Of a DNA stretch of 62,961 bases, positions 19,166-29,018 are shown piece by piece. The position numbers and the translations under genes were made by a program. Positions within the stretch are counted from its first letter, which is position 1. Each line of letters begins with the position of its first letter. The stretch lies in the sequence record DRR723986_9837; one strand, 5' to 3'. Under the pieces are notes generated by a model. The model made no database searches, was not told the DNA's origin, and worked only from the letters and a program-made list of their open reading frames with translations.

Positions 19166-20662
19166 ATGAAGATACGTTTTCCCAAAATCCCAATGAAGTG
19201 GGTTTGGATCGTCGGACTCCTGATCGTTACCGTTGTCGGCGGTGGGACGTGGAGCCGCTGGTTTCCCGCAGCGACATCATGGGTCGATACCACGGTGACC
19301 GCGTTTCGCGGCGGTGGTGAATCCGTCAGTGATGATGCTCACACAGAGGAAGACCCGCACGCCGGACATGACCACGGTGCCCATGCGGGACACAGCGAAG
19401 AAACATCGCTGGAGTTGTCGGATCAGGCTTTGCGAAACATCGGTTTGTCTGACGAGACGATTCGACCAATCAGATTGGAGACATTCCGCAGATCCATCAC
19501 TGTTCCGGCACTCGTCGTTGAACGTCCCGGTCGGACTCGCGTGCAGGTTGCGACACCGATGACCGGAGTGATCACTCACGTTCACGCTGTTCAGGGAGAA
19601 GCTGTTGAACCGGGAACGCTGCTATTTCAGATTCGCTTGACGCATGAAGACCTCGTGAACGCACAAACCGAGTTCGTCAAGACGCTGGGCGAACTGGAGG
19701 TCGAAGAGCGTGAGATCACTCGATTGCAAGATGTCACTCGCAGCGGTGCGGTTGCCGGAAAACTGTTATTGGACCGGGAATACGCCAGAGACAAATTGAC
19801 CGCAATGTTGCGTGCTCAACGGGAAGCTCTGCGGCTGCACGGATTGTCAGACAAGCAAGTTGAGCAGATTGCTAATCAACGTCGATTGCTGCGTGAGTTG
19901 CAGATTTTTGCTCCGTCCATCGACGGCCACAGTGACGACGAACTCAAGCTCACGCAAACATTCATCAGCCAAGCCAATTATCAGCAGCGAGTACAACAAG
20001 AACCAGATGTTCACACGGGGCCACTGATTCTCCAGCAGCTAGATGTTCACAAGGGTCAATCGGTCAACGCGGGTGAAACAGTCTGCATTCTGACGGACTA
20101 CGACGAACTGTTCATCGAAGGCATGGCGTTTGAACAGGATTTCAGCCAGCTTCGACAGGCTTCCGAGAAAGACTGGACTGTCGATGCGATCTTCCAGCAG
20201 CCGGGTGAGGGAACGCAGGTGGTCGAAGGTCTGAAGATCGCCTACCTCGCGAACACCGTGGATACTGATTCGCGAACGCTGCATTTCTACGTTCGCTTGC
20301 CCAATGAAGTGACCAAGGATCGTCGCGAACAGGGCAATCGTTATGTCGAATGGAAATACCTGCCCGGACAACGCTTGCAGTTGCGGGTGCCAGTTGAGCA
20401 ATGGCCTGACCAGATTGTCGTTCCGGTTGATGCCGTCGCTCGCGAAGGAGCCGAGTCGTTCGTCTTTCAGCAGAACGGCGATCATTTCGATCGCGTTCCG
20501 GTCCATGTGAAATACCGCGATCAGTATTCGGCGGTGATTGACAATGACGGTTCGCTGTTTCCGGGTGATGTGGTGGCATTGCGTGGTGCTCATCAAATGC
20601 AAATGGCCCTCAAAAACAAGGCTGGTGGTGGAGTTGATCCACACGCCGGTCACAACCACTAA
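19166..20662 (+). CDS. RND periplasmic adaptor (CzcB-like) with His-rich segments
   Basis: TM anchor, DPHAGHDHGAHAGH, MFP core, C-terminal DPHAGHNH. Confidence 0.85.
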   Translation: MKIRFPKIPMKWVWIVGLLIVTVVGGGTWSRWFPAATSWVDTTVTAFRGGGESVSDDAHTEEDPHAGHDHGAHAGHSEETSLELSDQALRNIGLSDETIRPIRLETFRRSITVPALVVERPGRTRVQVATPMTGVITHVHAVQGEAVEPGTLLFQIRLTHEDLVNAQTEFVKTLGELEVEEREITRLQDVTRSGAVAGKLLLDREYARDKLTAMLRAQREALRLHGLSDKQVEQIANQRRLLRELQIFAPSIDGHSDDELKLTQTFISQANYQQRVQQEPDVHTGPLILQQLDVHKGQSVNAGETVCILTDYDELFIEGMAFEQDFSQLRQASEKDWTVDAIFQQPGEGTQVVEGLKIAYLANTVDTDSRTLHFYVRLPNEVTKDRREQGNRYVEWKYLPGQRLQLRVPVEQWPDQIVVPVDAVAREGAESFVFQQNGDHFDRVPVHVKYRDQYSAVIDNDGSLFPGDVVALRGAHQMQMALKNKAGGGVDPHAGHNH

Positions 20663-20673
20663 GGGGCCACACA

Positions 20674-23600
20674 ATGCTAAACGCAATTATTCGATTCGCA
20701 CTGAGACAGCGTTTGCTTGTCATTGCTGCTGCCCTGTTCCTTGTTGGTTATGGCACTTGGCAGGCAACGCAGTCACAGATTGACGTTTTCCCGGACCTCA
20801 ACCGTCCCCGTGTGGTCATTATGACCGAAGCGCCGGGACTGGCACCGGAGGAAGTCGAAACGCTGATTACGTTTCCTATTGAAACGACGATGAATGGAGC
20901 GAACGGTGTTCAGGCCGTTCGCAGTTCGTCGGGTGTCGGCATCTCCGTGATCTACGTTGAGTTCGACTGGGGCACCGACATCTACAACGATCGTCAGATT
21001 GTCAACGAACGTCTGCAACTTGTTCAGGAACGGATGCCGGATGGTGTGAAGCCAACGCTGGCACCGATCTCGTCCATCATGGGCCAGATTCTGATGCTCG
21101 GCATGTGGAGCGATGACAACGGCACCGAATCGCTGGAATTGAGAACGCTTGGTGACTGGGTAGTGCGACAACGTCTGTTGACGATCCCCGGTGTGTCGCA
21201 GGTGTTCACGATGGGGGGCGGTCGCAAGCAGTTTCAAGTTCTGGTCGATCCAGACTCCATGCTGCGTTACGGGGTGACGCTACATGAAGTGAAGCAGGCC
21301 GTGCAGGACAGCAATGAGAATGCAACCGGTGGATACCTTGATGAACAAGGGCCGAACGAATTACTGGTACGAGCGCTAGGCCGTGTGCAATCGATTGGCG
21401 ACTTGCAGAAAGTCGTTGTCACGATGCGGGAAGGCCGACCCATTGCGTTAGCTCAAATTGCTCGTGTTGTGGAAGGACCGCAAGTCAAACGTGGCGACAG
21501 CTCTGCATTCGTTCGAGGCGATGAAGGCAACTTCTCCGGTGGTCCCGCCGTCATCCTCACCATCAACAAACAACCAGGAGCCGACACACGGCGTGTGACA
21601 GATGATGTCATGGCTGCGATCGAGGATCTGCGACCATCATTGCCAAGCGATCTCCGCATCGAGCCACTCTACACACAGAAATCGTTCATTGACCGAGCGA
21701 TTGAAAACGTAGCAGAAGCACTACGTGATGGCGGCATCCTCGTTGTCATCATTCTGTTTTTGTTTCTCTTGAATTTACGCACGACGTTCATCACGCTCAC
21801 GGCAATCCCATTGTCACTGCTGATGACGGCGATCGTTTTTGCATTCTTCGGCCTGTCGATCAACACGATGACTCTTGGGGGGCTCGCCGTTGCGGTCGGA
21901 GAACTGGTTGATGACGCGATTGTTGACGTCGAGAACATCTTCCGGCGACTCAAGGAAAACCGCAGTCGGGCCAACCCCAAGAACCCTTTGCTTGTCGTGT
22001 TTCAGGCGAGTGTCGAGGTACGAAACTCGATCGTATTCGGGACAATAATCGTCATCTTGGCATTTGTCCCCTTGCTCGCACTGTCAGGGATGGAAGGCCG
22101 ATTATTCGCTCCGCTCGGTGTGGCCTATATCGTCTCCATTCTTTCCTCGACGCTGGTGTCACTGACGGTGACACCAGTGTTGTCATACTGGCTGCTGAGC
22201 GGCGGAAAGGTGATTGAACGCGAAAAAGATGGATTTGTTTTGCGGACAGTCAAATGGTTCGGAGACAGAATCATCCGGTTCAGCCTTCAGTTTCCTCGAT
22301 TCAATTTGGCGTTGCCCGCGCTTTTGGTCGCTATCGCTGCACTTTTCCTCGTTCGATTGGACCGTGACTTCCTGCCACCGTTCAATGAAGGCGCAGTCCA
22401 GTTAAACGTCGTTCTGCCACCGGGCACGTCTCTGGAAACGTCTAACGATATCGCTGGGCGTGTTGAAAGTCGGCTGAAGAAAATCGAAGACATCGAGCAG
22501 TTTGTTCGCAGGACGGGTCGAGCAGAACTCGATGAGCACGCTGAAGGCGTGAACATGAGCGAGTTCATTCTGGAACTCGATCCGGAGTCAGCTCGGTCAC
22601 GCGAAGAGCAACTTGAAGAAATCCGTGAAGCGATGGCCGATATTCCGGGCATCGTGACCGCAGTGGAGCAGCCACTGGCTCATCTGATTTCGCACATGCT
22701 TTCTGGTGTGAAAGCGCAGATCGGAATGAAGATCTATGGTGACGACTTGGATACGTTGCGTCGCAAAGCGGACGAGATGAAGTCCGCCATGCAGTCAGTG
22801 CCGGGTGTGAAGGATTTGCTCGTCGAACCACAGGTCACGATCCCTCAGCTACGAATTGAGTTGGACCGCGATCAGCTTCTTCAATACGGACTCACACCCG
22901 CCGTGGTCAATGAGTTCATCGAAACGGCGATGAGTGGGCAGGTGGTCTCAGAAGTATTGATTGAGCAGCGGACATTCGATCTGCTGATTCGACTTGATGA
23001 AAACTACCGCGAGAACCTTCAAGCACTTCGACGTTTGACGATTGATTTGGAAGATGGCGGTAAGCTGCCCTTGGAAGCGGTTGCGAACATCTACGAGTCA
23101 GGCGGTCCAAACACGGTCAACCGTGAGAATGTGCGTCGTCGCATTGTCTTGCAGTGCAACGTGTCAGATCGCGGCGTGGTGGATGTCGTACAGGACATTC
23201 AAAAGCGTGTTCGCCCCGTGGTGGAATCGCTTCCTCCCGGCTACTTCGTTGAGTACAGCGGTCAATTTGAAAGTCAACAATCTGCCTCGCGTGTCATCGC
23301 TGTATTGTTCGTGATGTCGATGATCGGCATCTTCCTAGTGCTATTCACAATGTTTCGCTCCATCAATCTTTCATTGCAGGTGATGGTCGCATTACCGATG
23401 GCTTTCATCGGATCAGTTGCCGCTTTAGTCGTCACCGGTCAGACACTAACGGTGGCCGCAATGGTGGGTTTTGTCTCCTTGGGTGGCATTGCGTCTCGCA
23501 ATGGCATCCTGTTGGTCAATCACTATCTGCATTTGGTCAAGTACGAAGGCGAGAGCTGGACAAAGGAAATGATCGTCCGTGCCGGACTGGAACGTCTGGC

Positions 23601-23928
23601 ACCTGTATTGATGACGGCACTGACATCGGGCATTGCCCTGATTCCACTGGTCCTTGCTGCGGGCGAGCCGGGCAAAGAAATCCTGTATCCAGTGGCGACA
23701 GTGAGCTTGGGCGGACTGATCAGTTCCGCACTTCTCGACTTCTTCGTTCGCCCGGCTTTGTTCTGGCTGTTCGGTTTGAAGGAGGCCGAACGTGTCGTCA
23801 ATGAATCAAACACTGAAGTTGCGCTCGTCGAGGAAGCTGACGAACCGCATTTTTCCAATGAATCAAATCCCACTTCGTCCGGGACGACGGAGACCACTGA
23901 ACCTGTTACCGCTCCTGCTGCCCAATGA
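20674..23928 (+). CDS. Heavy-metal efflux RND permease with a distinct TM4 subtype
   Basis: DVFPDLNRP, TM4 LAVAVGELVDDAIVDVEN, GRAELDEHAEG, ERLAPVLMT, GKEILYPVA. Confidence 0.92.
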   Translation: MLNAIIRFALRQRLLVIAAALFLVGYGTWQATQSQIDVFPDLNRPRVVIMTEAPGLAPEEVETLITFPIETTMNGANGVQAVRSSSGVGISVIYVEFDWGTDIYNDRQIVNERLQLVQERMPDGVKPTLAPISSIMGQILMLGMWSDDNGTESLELRTLGDWVVRQRLLTIPGVSQVFTMGGGRKQFQVLVDPDSMLRYGVTLHEVKQAVQDSNENATGGYLDEQGPNELLVRALGRVQSIGDLQKVVVTMREGRPIALAQIARVVEGPQVKRGDSSAFVRGDEGNFSGGPAVILTINKQPGADTRRVTDDVMAAIEDLRPSLPSDLRIEPLYTQKSFIDRAIENVAEALRDGGILVVIILFLFLLNLRTTFITLTAIPLSLLMTAIVFAFFGLSINTMTLGGLAVAVGELVDDAIVDVENIFRRLKENRSRANPKNPLLVVFQASVEVRNSIVFGTIIVILAFVPLLALSGMEGRLFAPLGVAYIVSILSSTLVSLTVTPVLSYWLLSGGKVIEREKDGFVLRTVKWFGDRIIRFSLQFPRFNLALPALLVAIAALFLVRLDRDFLPPFNEGAVQLNVVLPPGTSLETSNDIAGRVESRLKKIEDIEQFVRRTGRAELDEHAEGVNMSEFILELDPESARSREEQLEEIREAMADIPGIVTAVEQPLAHLISHMLSGVKAQIGMKIYGDDLDTLRRKADEMKSAMQSVPGVKDLLVEPQVTIPQLRIELDRDQLLQYGLTPAVVNEFIETAMSGQVVSEVLIEQRTFDLLIRLDENYRENLQALRRLTIDLEDGGKLPLEAVANIYESGGPNTVNRENVRRRIVLQCNVSDRGVVDVVQDIQKRVRPVVESLPPGYFVEYSGQFESQQSASRVIAVLFVMSMIGIFLVLFTMFRSINLSLQVMVALPMAFIGSVAALVVTGQTLTVAAMVGFVSLGGIASRNGILLVNHYLHLVKYEGESWTKEMIVRAGLERLAPVLMTALTSGIALIPLVLAAGEPGKEILYPVATVSLGGLISSALLDFFVRPALFWLFGLKEAERVVNESNTEVALVEEADEPHFSNESNPTSSGTTETTEPVTAPAAQ

Positions 23929-23965
23929 CGGGGAACAGTCGGTGAATCTCTTGAAGGAGAGAACG

Positions 23966-24640
23966 ATGTTGAACTTTACCAAAACCGTCGTCTGCTGTTT
24001 GGCGGTCGTAGCTCTGTCGAGTTTGACAGAAGCAGGCGAGGCGATCGCCTACCGTCTGAGCAAGACGAAGGAAATGCATTTCGATGATGGGCGCAAAGCC
24101 GAGCAGCACTTGGCGGCTGTCAAGAAACTCGGCTGTGAAGCCCGTATGAACTCGCTCGGAGGTCACACGGATGTCATTTACCGATCTGCAAGATGGCAGG
24201 TCATGGAAGTTGCCAACGACAAGCTGGCTCACCAGTGGGAAGACTGGTTGAAGAAAGCGGGGTTCGAGACGGTCCACGGCCACGCTGCCGACCACGGTAC
24301 GGGGCATGACGCTCACGACGGTCACGATCATTCTGGCCATGACCATGCCGGACACAGTCACGAAGGACACAACCACGGTCCCGGCAAGGCGGAAGAAGTC
24401 TCATACGTGTTGCCAAACTGGAAAACGATCCATTCCCGAGACACCGCTCAGATGTCTGAACTGGTCGCGTTGTTGAAGGGCCTCGGCTGCGAAGTGCGAA
24501 CCGAGGACCACGGCGGTCACAGAGATGTCAGTGTTCGTTGTTCGCAGTGGAAACACGTTGAATTCGTTTCCCATGAAGCTGCCGCAGGCTGGCAGGACTG
24601 CCTGCGAAAGAACGGATTCGAGACACGTCACGAACACTGA
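23966..24640 (+). CDS. Exported protein with an internal domain duplication and a His-rich linker
   Basis: AAGGAG RBS and signal peptide. Two similar halves (K..H..LGCE.R...GGH.DV..R...W......W...L.K.GFET.H) are joined by a His tract. Confidence 0.8.
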   Translation: MLNFTKTVVCCLAVVALSSLTEAGEAIAYRLSKTKEMHFDDGRKAEQHLAAVKKLGCEARMNSLGGHTDVIYRSARWQVMEVANDKLAHQWEDWLKKAGFETVHGHAADHGTGHDAHDGHDHSGHDHAGHSHEGHNHGPGKAEEVSYVLPNWKTIHSRDTAQMSELVALLKGLGCEVRTEDHGGHRDVSVRCSQWKHVEFVSHEAAAGWQDCLRKNGFETRHEH

Positions 24641-24733
24641 GTCGATACAAGCAACCAACACGGCTGGCAGCCGCCTGAATACGTTCAGTCGGTTGCTAGC
24701 CCTTCAGTTACCACAATCTCACCGGAGAACTCG

Positions 24734-25264
24734 ATGAAAACCGTTTCTACTAACCTCGCACTGTCATTCGCGTTGATGGCCATGATTGTCGCTGGCTGTT
24801 CCAACAACAATTCCACTGGCCACGAAACTGCCGGTCCACCAAACACGATGGACTCACACGATGACCACGCCGGTAATGCTCACCCGTCAGAGGGTCCGCA
24901 TCATGGCGACCTGATTGAGCTGGGTAACGAAGAATATCACGCCGAGATTCTTCACGATGAAGATGCAGGGACGGTCACCATCTATGTGCTCAACGGGGCT
25001 GCCACCGAACAGGTTCCGATTGATGCAACAGAAGTCACGATCAACGCCAAGCACGACGGCAAGCCGGAACAATTCACGCTGACCGCTTCGCCGGATACGA
25101 ATGATCCGCAAGGCAAATCCTCTCGCTTCGTCTCCAAAAATGAAGAACTCGCTCATCACCTTGATGAAGAAGGTGCGGAACCGCGACTGGTTCTGAGCAT
25201 CAACGGTAAATCCTATCGCGGCACGATTTCGCATGATCACGACCACGAAGGACACGACCACTGA
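24734..25264 (+). CDS. His-rich lipoprotein
   Basis: GGAG RBS, lipobox VAGC, GPHHGDLIELG..YHAE, C-terminal HDHDHEGHDH. Confidence 0.82.
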   Translation: MKTVSTNLALSFALMAMIVAGCSNNNSTGHETAGPPNTMDSHDDHAGNAHPSEGPHHGDLIELGNEEYHAEILHDEDAGTVTIYVLNGAATEQVPIDATEVTINAKHDGKPEQFTLTASPDTNDPQGKSSRFVSKNEELAHHLDEEGAEPRLVLSINGKSYRGTISHDHDHEGHDH

Positions 25265-25268
25265 TACC

Positions 25269-25840
25269 ATGCTGCAAGCCACGACCTACTTGACCGCAAC
25301 ACTTCTCATCGCTGTCAATGCGATGCTGCTGTACTCGATTGCCAAACCGAGTCGCCGTATTTGGCCACCGCCTGCGCAGCAAACATGGCAATACTATGTC
25401 GTCAGGCTATTCACGCTTCTCTCGTTTGGTGGATTAATCGTGGTGGGCATCTTGGATTGGAATAGTCTGGATTGGCCATCGTGGTTTCGCTGGATAATCG
25501 GCATGGTCCTGATTGCCGCTGGAAATATCCTCGCATGGGTGGGGGTGCGGCAGTTGAGCATGAAAACAACATCTGGAAATGCCGGCCTCTTGGTCACCGA
25601 TGGACTCTATCGTTAACGCCGCAACCCTCAATACATTGGGGACATCTGCATTATCGCTGGCTGGGCCATTCTCTCGGCGTCGTACTGGACAATGCCGCTC
25701 TGCATCGGCGGCATTGTGGCATTTCTGATCACGCCACTCGCCCAGAGCCGTGGCTGCGAGACCTGCACAGTGAGCCGTACATCGAATTCTGCCAACGCAC
25801 GCCGCGATTCATCGGCCCCAAGTCGGTCTCCACGGCTTAG
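25269..25840 (+). pseudogene. Isoprenylcysteine-carboxyl-methyltransferase/PEMT-family membrane protein pseudogene
   Basis: The family motif LVTDGLYR-x-RRNPQY is broken by TAA at 25614-25616. The frame continues to ..FLITPLA, then shifts near 25740 into EPWLRDLHSEPYIEFCQRTPRF. Confidence 0.8.
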
Positions 25841-28800
25841 TCGAGCGTTTGTCCTTCTTCCTCGCGGTGAAACGTCTCGTACAGGGTTGGGAGCAATAAG
25901 AGTGTTAGGATTGTTGCCGAGATAATGCCGCCGATGACAACAGTGGCCAGTGGACGCTGGACTTCGGCTCCGGTCCCTATCGCGATGGCCATTGGAATAA
26001 AACCGAGTGCATCAGTGACGGCAGTCATCAGGACCGGGCGAAGACGTGTCACTGCTCCGTCAACGACTGCGGAGCGAATGTCTTTTCCTTCTTCTACTAG
26101 CTGTCGGATGAAGCTGACCATCACAACACCGTTCAGCACCGCGACACCGGAAAGAGCGATGAAGCCGACTCCTGCGGAAATGGAGAAGGGGATGTCTCGG
26201 ATCGCAAGTGAAATAATCCCACCGGTCAACGCAAACGGAACGCCAGAGAAAATCAGGAGTGCGTCACGAGTTGAATTGAACGTTGAGAACAAAATGACAA
26301 AGATGAGCAGCAGGGAGACGGGAACGACGACCATCAGTCGATTCGAGGCTCGTTCAAGATTCTCGAACTGTCCGCCCCAACGGTACCAGTATCCGGATGG
26401 GAACTGGACTTGCTGCTCAATCACCTTGGACGCATCGGCCACGAACGACCCCATGTCGCGGCCTCGCACGTTTGCCTGAACCACGATTCGCCGCTTGGCG
26501 TTTTCGCGGCTCACCTGATTCTGCCCTTCCACGATGGAAATATCGGCCAGTTGCTTGAGGGCCACCACTCGGGCTTCATACGCTGGATTGTGAACGTCCT
26601 TCTCCAACGTCCTTTCGTCGTCGCCATGAAGTGGAATCGGTAACTGCTCGATCATGCGAAGATTTTCACGCAGTGATTCCGGCAACCGCAGTACGATATC
26701 GAACCGCTGATCGCCCTCGAAGACTTGACCGACGGTCCTTCCCCCAATCGCCATTGAAACGACTTCCTGAACATCAGCCACGTCTAACCCAAAACGGGCA
26801 AGCTTCTCGCGGTTCATGTCGATGCGTAACGTTGGAAGTCCGCTGACTTGTTCGACCTTTACATCACTTGCACCTTCGACTTGGCTCAATAGCTTGCTCA
26901 CTTCGGTGGCTTTGGCCTGCATGACACTCATGTCATCGCCGAAGATTTTGAAGGCCACGTCACTGCGAACGCCGGAGATCAGTTCGTTGAACCGAAGCTC
27001 AATCGGTTGAGAAATCTCGTAAGCGTTGCCCGGAATCTGTTCGATGGCTTCTTCGACTTCAGCGATCAACTCCGCCTTTGACTTGCTGGGGTCAGGCCAC
27101 TTGTTTTTCGGTTTCACAATGATGTAGCCATCGGCGATGTTCGGCGGCATGGGGTCAGTAGCGACTTCAGCCGTACCGATGCGAGCGAAGACCGTTTCAA
27201 CTTCCGGGAACTCAAGCAGACGTTTTTCAAGACGCTTCTGCATTTCGATGGACTGGCTGAGCGACGTCGCGGGAATACGCAGCGACTGGATGGCAAAGTC
27301 CTGTTCATCGAGCGATGGAACAAATTCGCTTCCAAGCCCGGTTGCAATCCAGCCTGAGAGCAGGAGTATGGCGACCGCAACGCCAATGAATGCCTTCTTG
27401 AATCGAAGGGATGCCAACAATGCTCGTCGATACCAATGTTTGGCAAACGACATGATGCGGCCATCGCCTTCGCTGACTCTGCCGGTGAGAAACAAGGCCG
27501 CCATTGCGGGAATAAACGTGAAAGACAGTAAGAGCGAACCAAGCAAAGCAAGCAAGACAACTTTGGCCATCGGTACGAACATCTTGCCCTCGATACCTGT
27601 CAGCGTCAGGATCGGTAGATAGACGATCATAATGATGCCGACCCCAGAGAGCACCGGCGGGGCGACTTCGCGTGCTGCTTCAAAAGTCTCTTTGAGCCGT
27701 TCAGACTGATTCAGCGTTCTTCCAAGGGCTTGTTGTTTCTCTGCGAAGCGACGAATGATGTTCTCGGCCATCACAACCGAACCGTCGATGATGATTCCGA
27801 AGTCGATGGCACCCAAGCTCAGCAGATTCCCGCTGATTTTGTTGCTGACCATCCCGGTGACTGCGAACAACATGGAGAGCGGGATCGAGAGTGCGACGAA
27901 TAACGCCACTTTGAAGTTTCCGAGAATCGCAAACAACACGGCGATGACAAGAATCGCTCCTTCCATCAGGTTGTTTTGGATTGTCTTGATCGTTGCATCG
28001 ACCAGTCGCGTTCGATTGTAGACGGTTTTGGCATGAACACCGGGCGGTAAAGTGCGATTGACCTGCTGCATCGTTTCATCGACTGCCTTCGCTACGGTGC
28101 GACTATTCTCACCAACAAGCATCATGGCCGTGCCAACAACCGATTCTTCTCCATCTAGCGTTGCGGCTCCGGTGCGTAGTTCCTTGCCGAACTCCACACC
28201 GGCGACATCTTCGACGAGAATTGGAATGCTGTCGCGAGTTACAATGGGAATCTTTCGTATCTGTTCCAGCGTGGATACAAGTCCGCTCATCTTGACGATG
28301 TACTGTTCGCCCCGATGCTCGATATATCCGCCTCCGGCGAATGCGTTGTTGCGTTCAAGTGCTTTGGCCACGTCCCGAAACGTCAGTCCGACGGCGAGTA
28401 AGCGAGCTGGATGTGGGGTAACATGAAATTGCTTGGTGAATCCGCCTATAGAGTTCACTTCGGCAACTCCGGGTACGGTCAACAATTGAGGACGGATGAT
28501 CCAGTCCTGAATCGTTCGCAAATCGGTTGGCGTGTAGGGCGTGCCGTCAGGTTTCGTCGCGTCTGGTTCCGCTTCCACGGCCCACATATAGATTTCGCCA
28601 AGCCCGGTGCTGATTGGACTCATTGTCGGTTCGGCCAAACCGCGAGGCAGTGCATCCTTCGCGGTTTGCAGGCGTTCGCTTACCAACTGCCGGGCAAGAT
28701 AAAGGTCTGTGTCATCGTCGAAAACGACCGTGACCTGTGAGAGTCCATAGCGTGAAATGGATCGAAGTTCTTCCAGATGGGGCAATCCACTCATCGAAAC

Positions 28801-29010
28801 TTCAATAGGGAAGGTGACTCGCTTTTCGATTTCAATAGGTGAAAGTGCGGGAACTGAGGTGTTTATTTGCACCTGCACATTCGTAATGTCCGGAACAGCA
28901 TCGATCGGAAGTTCGGTGAAATTGTAGGCTCCAAGGGCTGCGACAAAGACGGAGGCAAGTACGACGAGAATGCGATGTTTGATGGAGAATCGAATGATTG
29001 CTGTAAGCAC
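25837..29010 (-). CDS. czcA: CzcA-family heavy-metal efflux RND permease
   Basis: DAVPDITNVQVQIN, AIDFGIIIDGSVVMAEN, TAEVATDPMPPN, GAEVQRPLATVVIGG. Confidence 0.94.
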   Translation of the reverse strand: MLTAIIRFSIKHRILVVLASVFVAALGAYNFTELPIDAVPDITNVQVQINTSVPALSPIEIEKRVTFPIEVSMSGLPHLEELRSISRYGLSQVTVVFDDDTDLYLARQLVSERLQTAKDALPRGLAEPTMSPISTGLGEIYMWAVEAEPDATKPDGTPYTPTDLRTIQDWIIRPQLLTVPGVAEVNSIGGFTKQFHVTPHPARLLAVGLTFRDVAKALERNNAFAGGGYIEHRGEQYIVKMSGLVSTLEQIRKIPIVTRDSIPILVEDVAGVEFGKELRTGAATLDGEESVVGTAMMLVGENSRTVAKAVDETMQQVNRTLPPGVHAKTVYNRTRLVDATIKTIQNNLMEGAILVIAVLFAILGNFKVALFVALSIPLSMLFAVTGMVSNKISGNLLSLGAIDFGIIIDGSVVMAENIIRRFAEKQQALGRTLNQSERLKETFEAAREVAPPVLSGVGIIMIVYLPILTLTGIEGKMFVPMAKVVLLALLGSLLLSFTFIPAMAALFLTGRVSEGDGRIMSFAKHWYRRALLASLRFKKAFIGVAVAILLLSGWIATGLGSEFVPSLDEQDFAIQSLRIPATSLSQSIEMQKRLEKRLLEFPEVETVFARIGTAEVATDPMPPNIADGYIIVKPKNKWPDPSKSKAELIAEVEEAIEQIPGNAYEISQPIELRFNELISGVRSDVAFKIFGDDMSVMQAKATEVSKLLSQVEGASDVKVEQVSGLPTLRIDMNREKLARFGLDVADVQEVVSMAIGGRTVGQVFEGDQRFDIVLRLPESLRENLRMIEQLPIPLHGDDERTLEKDVHNPAYEARVVALKQLADISIVEGQNQVSRENAKRRIVVQANVRGRDMGSFVADASKVIEQQVQFPSGYWYRWGGQFENLERASNRLMVVVPVSLLLIFVILFSTFNSTRDALLIFSGVPFALTGGIISLAIRDIPFSISAGVGFIALSGVAVLNGVVMVSFIRQLVEEGKDIRSAVVDGAVTRLRPVLMTAVTDALGFIPMAIAIGTGAEVQRPLATVVIGGIISATILTLLLLPTLYETFHREEEGQTLD

Positions 29011-29018
29011 ATGACCTC

